A stretch of 64,000 nucleotides of DNA from Rhodoferax sp. (GTDB lineage: Bacteria; Pseudomonadota; Gammaproteobacteria; Burkholderiales; Burkholderiaceae_C): positions 17,370 through 81,369 of the forward strand of contig NZ_JAURYQ010000017.1 in NCBI RefSeq assembly GCF_030653815.1, given 5' to 3'. Under the pieces are notes generated by a model. The model saw only the letters and a list, made by a program, of their open reading frames with translations. It was not told the DNA's origin and did not search any database. A program made the translations under genes and the position numbers. Each line of letters begins with the position of its first letter. Position 1 is the stretch's first letter. This document shows, one piece after another, positions 52,628-61,231 of the stretch.

Positions 52628-52972
52628 ATGCCGCGTTCAACGTTTTTGAAACTCAGGGTTTCGCCCGATGAAGCAGACCGCTTCAACGCGCGTGCAGCAG
52701 CGCTGGGCGTCAGTGTGTCGCAGATGATCCGCGACACCACCTTGCATGGCGCAGTTTATGTCACCGTTGACAGAGCTCAGGCTGGCTACGAATTTCGTCG
52801 TCTGGGTGCCATGCTCAAGCACCTGTACCCGGCCAGAGATATCCGCTGGACGGCAGAAGACCGAAAAAAATGGTGGGCATTGATCCATGAGCTGCGTGAG
52901 CGCGCTGACACGCTGGAAGCAACCGCCTCAGGTGGCAAGGACAGGGCAGCCGGAATGGTTCATGCTGGCTAA
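52628..52972 (+). CDS. Relaxosome accessory protein (MobC/TraJ-like ribbon-helix-helix)
   Basis: LKLRVSPDE..RFNARAAALGVSVSQMIR RHH; EFRRLGAMLK; overlaps the relaxase start. Confidence 0.8.
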   Translation: MPRSTFLKLRVSPDEADRFNARAAALGVSVSQMIRDTTLHGAVYVTVDRAQAGYEFRRLGAMLKHLYPARDIRWTAEDRKKWWALIHELRERADTLEATASGGKDRAAGMVHAG

Positions 52973-54866
52973 GGTCATCATGCTGAAGAAGTCCTGGAAA
53001 ACGGTGGCCAGCGCAGCAAACTATGTCGTTGACGACCTCAAAAAGGCACCAGCACAACCAGAGCCCGACTACTACGGGCCAGAGGACGGCGCCGACTACC
53101 TTGCGCGCGATGGTGTGCTGGAAGCTGCATCCTTCAACATGGAGGGCCTCAACCCCACTGACCCGGATGATCGCAGGCAAATCATCAAGTGGATGGACAG
53201 CACAGCGCGGGCCTGGGCGGCAAGATCAAGAGCGCATCCCAAAACCAATCCGTTTTATCACGTAGTCCTTTCATGGAAGGCTGGCGAGCAGCCGACCGTT
53301 GACCAGGCCGCGGTTGCAGCCGCCAAGGCGCTCAAAGCGGTTGGCATGGCCGACAACCAGGCATTTTTTGCGATCCACCGCGACAAAGATCACCACCACC
53401 ACATTCACATCATTGCCAACCGTGTCCACCCTGAGCATTTGGTACTGACCGGGCCACCACGCTATGACTTCCTTGTGCTGGACAAAACCTGTCGGGAGAT
53501 CGAACTTGAACAGGGCTGGCAGCATGACAACGGCCCCCACGTGGTCATTGACGGTCAAATCAAGCGGCTGACGCATGCGCTGCGCCGCCAGCTTGGACTT
53601 GAAACCGACAAGTCACTTGCACCGCATGCACCTGCCGTGAAGGCGCGCATGGGGGAAGTCAAGGCAGGACTGCCCTCACTGGCCGGCTGGCTCAACAACA
53701 AGGTTGCACCAGAGCTGGTTGCAACGCAGAACTGGCAGGAGTTCCATCGCGCATGCGTCGCCAGAGGCCTGCGTGTGGTGAAAGTCAAATCCGGCTTGAT
53801 TTTCGAGACCGACATGCTCGACAAGGCAACGCAAACCAAAGCGTCAGCCGTTCACTATGCACTGAGTCTGGGGCGCTTGCAAAAGCGCTTTGGTGAGTAC
53901 CAGCCGCCCAACATTCCCATAGGGCAGACCTCATCGACCAACCGGTCGATTGACGGAGCCACTTACAACGATTACGTTGCCCGTGTTGCCTGTGGTACTG
54001 ACCCGGACTCGCAGGAATATCCCGGGTGCACCGGGCGAGGCGAACAGCGCGATCAAGCCAGAATTGATCGTGCCATTGCACGCACAGCACTCTTTGAGCA
54101 ATACAAGTCAGAAAAATACACGGCTAAAGACAACCGCAAGGCCGCAAGGCTGGAGCTGCGAGAGCTTTACAAAGCAGAAAAATCTGACCTGCTCCAACAG
54201 CTTGCGGCTTCTAAAACCGGGACCCTGACCCATCTGCAAAATCAATATGGGAGCCAGGTGGCGAGACTCCTGTGGGCAGCACAGCGCACGGCGGCGATGG
54301 AAGACTTGGCAGACCGGCAAAAGCGTGAACGCCTGGCGCTTACACATGCCAACGCGATGGAATGGTTGCCGTGGCTGGAGCGGCAGGCGGCGCTAGGCAA
54401 CGAGGCGGCAATCTCCGCACTTCGCGGGCTGCGCTATCGGTCCCAGCGAGACAAAACCAAACAAAAGGCAGGCATCGAGGGCGAAGACCTCGGCCATACC
54501 GCCCCCGCAGCAAGCCGGGAAAACAGCATCAGGGGCACGGCACGACCCGACGACTTCGACATCCGCACAGCCCGGCTCAGGATCACTCCAGAGCACTGCA
54601 TTGAATACCTTGACACCCGTGGCACGGTACGACTGACCGACAGTGGACCGCGGATCGATGTGACGCAAGAGAACGACCCACAAGCCATGCGCGCAGGGCT
54701 GTTACTGGCCTCTCAAAAATTTGGTGGTGAAGTATTCGTCACAGGGTCAGTGACGTTTCGGGAGTTGGCTGCCAAAGAAGCTCTGCAAATGGGTATCAAA
54801 GTGAAAAACCCGGAATTGGCATTTTTAGCCGCTGAGAAGACAAGGGATAAAGAATTGGAATTATGA
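52962..54866 (+). CDS. MOB-P (TraI-like) relaxase with C-terminal LPD7-like domain
   Basis: Motif I ANYV/DYL, motif II FYHVVLSW--GEQP, motif III IHRDKDHHHHIHIIANRV; C-terminal LTDSGPRI...ASQKFGGEVFVTGS--F. Confidence 0.9.
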   Translation: MLAKVIMLKKSWKTVASAANYVVDDLKKAPAQPEPDYYGPEDGADYLARDGVLEAASFNMEGLNPTDPDDRRQIIKWMDSTARAWAARSRAHPKTNPFYHVVLSWKAGEQPTVDQAAVAAAKALKAVGMADNQAFFAIHRDKDHHHHIHIIANRVHPEHLVLTGPPRYDFLVLDKTCREIELEQGWQHDNGPHVVIDGQIKRLTHALRRQLGLETDKSLAPHAPAVKARMGEVKAGLPSLAGWLNNKVAPELVATQNWQEFHRACVARGLRVVKVKSGLIFETDMLDKATQTKASAVHYALSLGRLQKRFGEYQPPNIPIGQTSSTNRSIDGATYNDYVARVACGTDPDSQEYPGCTGRGEQRDQARIDRAIARTALFEQYKSEKYTAKDNRKAARLELRELYKAEKSDLLQQLAASKTGTLTHLQNQYGSQVARLLWAAQRTAAMEDLADRQKRERLALTHANAMEWLPWLERQAALGNEAAISALRGLRYRSQRDKTKQKAGIEGEDLGHTAPAASRENSIRGTARPDDFDIRTARLRITPEHCIEYLDTRGTVRLTDSGPRIDVTQENDPQAMRAGLLLASQKFGGEVFVTGSVTFRELAAKEALQMGIKVKNPELAFLAAEKTRDKELEL

Positions 54867-54998
54867 GTTTTAAAAACAACATCGTATTAATTTACCTATT
54901 AACTTTATAGCTACTCTGAGTTAAAATAGATAATGACTTCATGCTGCTAAAAATAATAGTGAATCATATTTATTTTCATCTGATTAGATTACTTTCCC

Positions 54999-55295
54999 AT
55001 GGCCAACAATCGTAGAACTACAGCAAGACGCTGGATCAATAGCGCTGTATATCGGTACGGGCAAGTGGTCTTTTACACCAAATGGCTCTTTTGCCTTGCG
55101 ATCACTTGCCTGGTCTGGGGAGGCGCGCTCTGGTTTGGGTCGCTAGCCTGGGATCAAAAGCAAGGTGCCATCCTGGCTCTGATGGGATTTGGTGCATGGT
55201 TGACAGTTTGCAGATATGTTTTTCCAGTATTTTGGTTTATATCCATCGAGGTCATCAAACGGTTCTTTAGATGTATTAATTATCGCTTCTTGTAA
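54999..55295 (+). CDS. Small hypothetical membrane protein (2-3 hydrophobic segments)
   Basis: 98-aa ORF in AT-rich DNA with hydrophobic, Trp/Phe-rich segments; no family recognised. Confidence 0.45.
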   Translation: MANNRRTTARRWINSAVYRYGQVVFYTKWLFCLAITCLVWGGALWFGSLAWDQKQGAILALMGFGAWLTVCRYVFPVFWFISIEVIKRFFRCINYRFL

Positions 55296-55382
55296 AATTT
55301 TTTCCATGACCTAGGAAGTTTGAATGACGGCAATGATTAATATTTATTTTTCCATTCAAACAGATTATTTTGTTATTTTAAA

Positions 55383-55565
55383 ATGATTACTTTAACGGTG
55401 AAAATGAATGAAACACTGGTAATCGCGCTGGCCCAATTTGTCAAGCGGGTTGGATTCTCAGAAATTCGCAGCAATGCAGTAGACGACTTTGAGGCGTACC
55501 TCATTCGTGATGCCCTCGACAGAGTTCGCATAGGGCTGGCGAACGCTGGCTTTTCTCCTCGGTGA
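55383..55565 (+). CDS. Small conserved hypothetical plasmid/ICE protein
   Basis: ALAQFVKRVGFSEIRSNAVDDFEAY--RDAL..AGFSPR resembles a recurrent mobile-element family (from recall, not searched); GTGA-coupled to the next gene. Confidence 0.65.
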   Translation: MITLTVKMNETLVIALAQFVKRVGFSEIRSNAVDDFEAYLIRDALDRVRIGLANAGFSPR

Positions 55566-56137
55566 AGCCCACCAGCAGCATGGTGGTGACCATGGTCTTC
55601 CTGATGACGGCCACTTTTTCCCGGGCAGAAACAGAGGCTTGGAGAGATCACGTTGTTGCAGCAGTTCGACCTGGAGCCGTTGTGGCGCGGCGCGGCCTTG
55701 ACAATGATCCCATCACGCAAGCGGTACTGTTCGGTCAGGGTGGCGGCAAATGGAGTCATGTGGGCATCGCCGTGCAGTTGATACCAGATGGCCAAATCTA
55801 CATTGAAAGTGCCATGCCAGGCTTTGGCACCAAGCTCGAAAAACCGGAGGTATTTTTCAGTGCCGAGCAGGCCTCAGAGGGGAAAGTGTTGTTGATGCCG
55901 GTGGACAAAGTGGATGCGGTTCAAAACGCTGCCAAATCGCTTTTGGGTCGTCCCTTTGATGACCAGTTAGCGCTGGATGACAACGGCAAAAAGCTCTATT
56001 GCACTGAGCTGGTGGCCATGGCACTGCAAAGTGCTGGGGTGATCAAAGATTTGCCAATGCGATCTGTTCCATTTTTGCCTCAAAAGGTCATTACCCCCGA
56101 CGATCTGATTGCCACAGTTCGCGCAACAGTGCTTTAG
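55562..56137 (+). CDS. YiiX/YebB-like permuted NlpC/P60 (papain-like) hydrolase
   Basis: His before Cys order: WSHVGI ... LLGRPFD ... LYCTELV; ITPDDL; N-terminal signal-like segment. Confidence 0.85.
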   Translation: MKPTSSMVVTMVFLMTATFSRAETEAWRDHVVAAVRPGAVVARRGLDNDPITQAVLFGQGGGKWSHVGIAVQLIPDGQIYIESAMPGFGTKLEKPEVFFSAEQASEGKVLLMPVDKVDAVQNAAKSLLGRPFDDQLALDDNGKKLYCTELVAMALQSAGVIKDLPMRSVPFLPQKVITPDDLIATVRATVL

Positions 56138-56443
56138 GGGCGAGGTTCGTACGTAATCTGACCAATGAAGCCGCTCTAACCGGCACCAAAACGCCACCAG
56201 TTCCGACCTGATATAGCCACCTGATGTGGCTATAAACTGTTGGGACGAGCACCGGCTAGGCAGCGTTTCCCGACAGCCACGAATGCCAGCTTCCGGGTGA
56301 GCCGATTTCATGAATTTGGTGGCTGGTCAACGGCTGTTCGCAGACTTTGGCAAGGTGCCCGTTATTGACGTTGCTACCAATGTGAACCGGCCACGGAAGC
56401 CCGCCATCCTTGGCGTGAATTGCAATCGCAATACAATACAGCG

Positions 56444-56725
56444 ATGAAAACTGCAACAATCCCCCCCATTCGCGTAGCACCTGAGTTCAGGATCGAAGTT
56501 GAAGGTGTCCTTGAGCAGGGTGAATCGCTTTCACAATTCGTCGAAAGCGCCGTACGCCAAACGGTTTTGAAGCGCAAGCATCAAGCTGAATTCCTGCATC
56601 GGGGCATCACAGCCATCGAGGAAACAAAGCGAGTAGGTGGTGGCATTGCTGCGGAGGTTGTAGTTGCCAAGCTTGAAGCCAAACTGGCGGCTGCGCGTCG
56701 AACCCAGTCTCAGCACCATCGATGA
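56444..56725 (+). CDS. YlcI/YnfO-like ribbon-helix-helix antitoxin
   Basis: MKTATIPPIRV-PEFR-EVEGVL--GESLSQFVESAVR; ATGA-coupled to the toxin; palindrome ttgcaatcgcaa upstream. Confidence 0.8.
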   Translation: MKTATIPPIRVAPEFRIEVEGVLEQGESLSQFVESAVRQTVLKRKHQAEFLHRGITAIEETKRVGGGIAAEVVVAKLEAKLAAARRTQSQHHR

Positions 56726-57039
56726 TCTATGCCGTTCAATTCAGTGCCGCTGCCGACGAAGACTTGGAGAGGCTTTTTGATTTCATTCTTCAGCGTGAAC
56801 TGGACAGTGAGGCTGGTGATCTTGACATTCCCGAGAGGGCGCTACAAGCCATCAAAGAGGGCATAGGCTTTTTGAGGTCATCTCCATTTGCCTGTCGAAA
56901 GGTTGGGGAGAGTCCTTTTATCCGAGAGCTAGTGATCACTTTTGGACGCTCAGGCTATGTGGCACTTTATGAAATTGTCGATGACAGAACCGTCATCATC
57001 GGTGCGATTCGTCACCAACGGGAAGATGATTACCACTGA
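56722..57039 (+). CDS. RelE/ParE-family toxin
   Basis: YAVQFSAAADEDLERLF..., RELVITFGRSGYVALYEI...IRHQRE. Confidence 0.88.
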   Translation: MIYAVQFSAAADEDLERLFDFILQRELDSEAGDLDIPERALQAIKEGIGFLRSSPFACRKVGESPFIRELVITFGRSGYVALYEIVDDRTVIIGAIRHQREDDYH

Positions 57040-57330
57040 ATCAACCAATCGTTGCTGATGTGGCTGCCATCGAAATCAACACCTGCTGACCTTCAGAGGC
57101 AGAGATGAACGGCCGGTTTGGATGGGTCATTTCGGCAAGTTGGCTGGCCTCTTCGGGTCTGGAACTGACCTAGGTTTCATCCAGTGTGCGCACTCACAAG
57201 TTGCGGTTTTGAATTAGTATGACTGGCAACGTTGACACCGGAATCAGTGGTTTCGTTGGATCGTAATGGCTGGCTTTTTTGGTCGGATTACGCAATTCGC
57301 CTGGCGCGACACACGCGCACAGCAAACCGA

Positions 57331-57852
57331 TCAATCTTCGACAAATCCGAAAGAGGATTTGCGTGGCCTGTTGTGGTGGTCCCTTGGAAATTTCACAGGC
57401 CCAAAATACCGCGAATCAAAGCTGTTCGGATGCTCACCGGCGGTCCAGATTCCCCCTTGCTTGAGCGTAAAACATCCGCGCATATGGGGAAGTGCCTGTC
57501 CCTTGGTATCCAGGTCAAGCGGCCTTGAATTCGGCACTGGCTGTCCGTTAATTTCAACCCCGTCATCCGTTGCCGTCACCAAGTCACCAGCAACCCCAAC
57601 CACTCTTTTGATCAAGGGCATGCTGCCATCAGGGCACGAGCCGTGACCGATGGAGGGATGTGGAATCGGAGAGCAAAAGCTGGTCAGGCTGCCTTTTTCT
57701 CCATGACCCACTTTGTAGACCGTGCCAGGCATCGAGCCAGTGACATTCAAAACGATGCCAGATGATTTTGCCGTCACGGCAAAAATCGCTACCACCGACA
57801 ACACCAGCAGCGTCACATAGAGAGGGATGAGGTTCAGTTGTTTTGCTTGCAT
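57331..57852 (-). CDS. traF: Conjugative TraF-type S26 peptidase
   Basis: NVTGSMP (Ser), LIKRVVG (Lys), SFDSRYFGPV; directly after traG. Confidence 0.85.
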   Translation of the reverse strand: MQAKQLNLIPLYVTLLVLSVVAIFAVTAKSSGIVLNVTGSMPGTVYKVGHGEKGSLTSFCSPIPHPSIGHGSCPDGSMPLIKRVVGVAGDLVTATDDGVEINGQPVPNSRPLDLDTKGQALPHMRGCFTLKQGGIWTAGEHPNSFDSRYFGPVKFPRDHHNRPRKSSFGFVED

Positions 57853-57871
57853 GTTGCAAGAGTTTGGTCAT

Positions 57872-59857
57872 TCAGCTTCGAGCGGCTTTCTCCCGCGCGT
57901 CAATCACCGAATTCCCGATCAGTTTGGCGGCCCCCAGCATCTGTCTTTTCACCAGCGCTGGATCCTTGTAATAGATGATTTTCTGGCAGTAGATCGGCGC
58001 GTGACCAGCCACAAACACGAGCTCATCAGTGGGTGGCAGGCGCATGGTTTCATCCGGTGTCAATAAGGGCCGCTGGCTCAATTGTTCATTGGTGCTGACG
58101 TTGTTCAGCACCACGCTCAGGCGTGATCCCGAGAAATTTCTTTGGGTGTGGGCCACCGTAGAGGCGCCACTCATTTTGGAGAGCAGTTCTGCCGTTTCGA
58201 TTTTGTTGGGCGCGAAGGCAATCCGGATGTGGCAGTTCGACATGATCGACTCGTCCTTTGAGTAGGCTTTTGTCAGCTGGGACAAATCTTGTGTGATCAA
58301 CAGCGCCTTGAGCCCGTAGCCAGCGATAAATGCCAGGGCCTCCTCAAAAATTTCCAGTTTGCCGAGCGCCGGGAATTCGTCAATCAGCAGCAACATCTTG
58401 TGGGGGAAGCGCGACTTCGAAGCGCCGGTCTCGTCGAACTCCATTTTTTCTGTGAGGCGACGAACCACCTGGTTGATGATAAGCCTCAAAAGTGGCTTCA
58501 GGCGGTCTTTGTCGGAGGGCGGCACGACCAGGTACAAGCTGGTTCTGCGCTGCATCAGCGATTCGATGGTGAAGTCCGACGCACTGGTGTTGGCAGCCAC
58601 AATCGGATCCCGGTACAGCGACAGGAACGACAAGGCCGTCGACAGCACGCCAGAGGCCTCGTTGGATGCCTTGTTCAAGAACGATTGAGCCGCCTGCGAT
58701 GCAGTTTTCCAGGCGACCAGATCAACATCGGTACAGTGCCCGGCACTGATCTTTTCGTAGCCGGTGTCCCGGATGTATTCCATCACCGCCCGAAAGCCCT
58801 CTGCAATTTTGGCTTTTTCGTCAGCATCGGTATCTTTGTCAGCGGCCAATCGCTCAGCCAGTTCACGCACGGGGCCACCGTCCGACAAAATCGCCTGCAC
58901 GGTTGACAAATTCCGTTGCGAATCCTCCAGCTCATCGGACACCAGCACAAAAATGATGACACCGGTCATCAGGTCAAAGCCGGTTTTGGCCCAATGGTCT
59001 TGCAGGCCTTTGCCGTCAGGGTCAACAATCATGGTCGAGACGTTCTGCACGTCCTTGACCAGGTTGTCGTCAAGGCGAATTTCAGACAGGGGATTGAAGC
59101 GGGCCGACTCGATTTCTGATGGCGAAAACCGCAGGCAACGTTGTTTCAACACCTTCTCACGAAAGCCGGACGTCAGCGCCCAGTTTTCTCCCTTGACGTC
59201 ATGCACCAAAACAGATTCTGACCAGGATAAAAGTGTCGGTATCACGATACCAACACCTTTACCCGAACGCGTTGGAGCAAAGACCAGAATGTGTTCCGGC
59301 CCGCCATGGCGCAAATAGATAGTTTTGGCTGTTGCGCCAAACGGGTTGAAACCGACAGTTTTGACTGGAATCTCAACAGCCCCCAGCATCACACCGCCGA
59401 CGTTTTCCCGTGTCGGCAAGATCCCTGCAGCTTCGATTTCGTCTGCCACCGCCCAATGCGCTGAACCGTGCAGGTCATTGCGTTCGTCTTTCAGCTTGCG
59501 GGTTCGCCGAAACACGTAGGCCACCGGAAAAACAATGGCGGTCATGGCGCCTCCAGCCAGCATCAGTTGCGCTGTCTTGATGACGGCCATGACATCCGGT
59601 GATGAGTCTGGCCGGAAATACCGAAATATCCAGATCAGGATGTCCCACGGCCAGTAAATCCGCGTCTGGCCAAGAATCGCGGCGGGTGATCCGAGTGTCG
59701 GGTGAAAACGAAATTGCCAGGCCGTATATTGCGTCACCAGCACGAAGGTCAGCGCAGTGACAACTCCGAATATCAGGAAGGCAATCCATACAAAGTGAGT
59801 AATGTCCCCTTGGGTGCGGGGGATAACGTAGAGCTGCTGTCGCTGCGATTGGGACAT
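57872..59857 (-). CDS. traG: Type IV coupling protein TraG/VirD4 (IncP-like)
   Basis: N-terminal TMs, HGSAHWA, Walker A APTRSGKG, DVKGENW, LIDEFPALG, QDLSQL, RPLLTPDE. Confidence 0.95.
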   Translation of the reverse strand: MSQSQRQQLYVIPRTQGDITHFVWIAFLIFGVVTALTFVLVTQYTAWQFRFHPTLGSPAAILGQTRIYWPWDILIWIFRYFRPDSSPDVMAVIKTAQLMLAGGAMTAIVFPVAYVFRRTRKLKDERNDLHGSAHWAVADEIEAAGILPTRENVGGVMLGAVEIPVKTVGFNPFGATAKTIYLRHGGPEHILVFAPTRSGKGVGIVIPTLLSWSESVLVHDVKGENWALTSGFREKVLKQRCLRFSPSEIESARFNPLSEIRLDDNLVKDVQNVSTMIVDPDGKGLQDHWAKTGFDLMTGVIIFVLVSDELEDSQRNLSTVQAILSDGGPVRELAERLAADKDTDADEKAKIAEGFRAVMEYIRDTGYEKISAGHCTDVDLVAWKTASQAAQSFLNKASNEASGVLSTALSFLSLYRDPIVAANTSASDFTIESLMQRRTSLYLVVPPSDKDRLKPLLRLIINQVVRRLTEKMEFDETGASKSRFPHKMLLLIDEFPALGKLEIFEEALAFIAGYGLKALLITQDLSQLTKAYSKDESIMSNCHIRIAFAPNKIETAELLSKMSGASTVAHTQRNFSGSRLSVVLNNVSTNEQLSQRPLLTPDETMRLPPTDELVFVAGHAPIYCQKIIYYKDPALVKRQMLGAAKLIGNSVIDAREKAARS

Positions 59858-59873
59858 GCAGAGCCTTCAATTT

Positions 59874-61028
59874 CTAAATTTCCAGTTCAGTTTCAGGTTT
59901 AGCAACTTTTTTTGCCCTGGCTTTCGAGGGCTTCAGGGTCTCCTCTTTCACGGGTTCTACCTTAACCTCATCCGCCACCAGGCCAACGTCTTTTTCGACC
60001 TCAACGCCCAGGCTCTTCTCAATCAAATAGTCCACCGCTTTTGACGCGTCCTTGGCCGCTGCAAAGACGGCGTGCTTGTCGCCTTTGAGTGCTTCCAGCC
60101 ATGACCCGATGTAAGCGGCATGATTTTTGTCGTCAAACTGTACGCCGGTTTCGGCACTGGCGAAAGCGCTGCACAACTCCGCCACCAATTCTTCACGGGC
60201 ATACTCACTCGTGCCAAAGCCGTTGGCGAGAGGCCGGTTGAGCCGGTTTTCGCCGCCGGTCGCGTGGCCGAGTTCATGCAATAGCGTGCCGGAGTAGGCT
60301 TCAGGGCTTTCAAACTGATCAGGATTCGGCATTTGAACGGCATCGCGTGCAGGCGAGTAAAAAGCCCGATCACCGCCGTGTTCAAGCGTCAAGCCGTCGA
60401 GCTTCATACCGCTGGCAATTTTTTCTACTGCAGCGATCTTTTCCACAGCAGGGCGGTCTTTTGTTGTGGCGATAGGTTCAAGGGTCAAGCCGTTGCATTG
60501 CTCGACATTGAAGGCATGGCTGGTTTTTTCGAACAGCAAGCTCAAGGTCCGCTCAGCCTGCCGCCAACTGTATTTGGTCCCGTCAGATTCCACCACCAAT
60601 TGACGCGTGTCCACCTGCAGCCCACTGGCAAGTTTGACCGTTTGCGCATGCTTCTCAGGCGCTTCAGCAAGCGTTACCCGAGCGCCATTGTGGGTGATGT
60701 CAACGTCCCGGCGGCGATGAAAAGGCAACTCGTCCCAGTATTCGATGGGCGTTGACTTTTCGCCTTGGGTGACACCACCGCCCAGGCTGGCTGCCTGCTT
60801 GTAGGTCAGCCAGCGTGGATCGGCGTAGCCTTTGTCCATTCCCTGCATCATCAGCATGAGCCGGTTACCGCCGCTGTAAATACGGCCAGAAACCGCATTG
60901 CGGGGCAGTCCGGCAGCAACACCACCTTCATTGCTCCAACCCTTGCGCCAGGGCATGACACCCGACTCCAGGGAGGCGACGATGCGATCCGTGATTTGCT
61001 CACGCAGGTCTTTTTTGGGCTCAGTCAT
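59874..61028 (-). CDS. ardC: ArdC-family ssDNA-binding antirestriction protein with zincin-like metallopeptidase domain
   Basis: ITDRIVASLESGVMPW-KGW, PRNAVSGRIYSGGN, WLTYKQA, GEKS, FNVEQ, AFYSP--D-VQMP, HELGH, YAREELVAE. Confidence 0.9.
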   Translation of the reverse strand: MTEPKKDLREQITDRIVASLESGVMPWRKGWSNEGGVAAGLPRNAVSGRIYSGGNRLMLMMQGMDKGYADPRWLTYKQAASLGGGVTQGEKSTPIEYWDELPFHRRRDVDITHNGARVTLAEAPEKHAQTVKLASGLQVDTRQLVVESDGTKYSWRQAERTLSLLFEKTSHAFNVEQCNGLTLEPIATTKDRPAVEKIAAVEKIASGMKLDGLTLEHGGDRAFYSPARDAVQMPNPDQFESPEAYSGTLLHELGHATGGENRLNRPLANGFGTSEYAREELVAELCSAFASAETGVQFDDKNHAAYIGSWLEALKGDKHAVFAAAKDASKAVDYLIEKSLGVEVEKDVGLVADEVKVEPVKEETLKPSKARAKKVAKPETELEI

Positions 61029-61188
61029 GATGCACCTCGACAAAATCCAGGGCGTCAACATCGTCATGTTCAGGGCCGGAGAGCTCAATGCCGAGCTTGT
61101 CGGCATCGCGAACCGAATGCACTTGGGCGTCGGCTGGTATGCCCAGTTCAGCCATTGTTTGCGGAGAGATGGGTGTCATTGCTTGCAT
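61021..61188 (-). CDS. 55-aa acidic hypothetical protein
   Basis: ATG at 61188 with an AGGA RBS; overlaps the ardC start by 8 nt; 12 Asp/Glu versus 2 Lys/Arg. Confidence 0.5.
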   Translation of the reverse strand: MQAMTPISPQTMAELGIPADAQVHSVRDADKLGIELSGPEHDDVDALDFVEVHHD

Positions 61189-61231
61189 GGTTTTTCCTAT
61201 AAAAATGCCCGATATGGTCGGGCGGTGTCGA

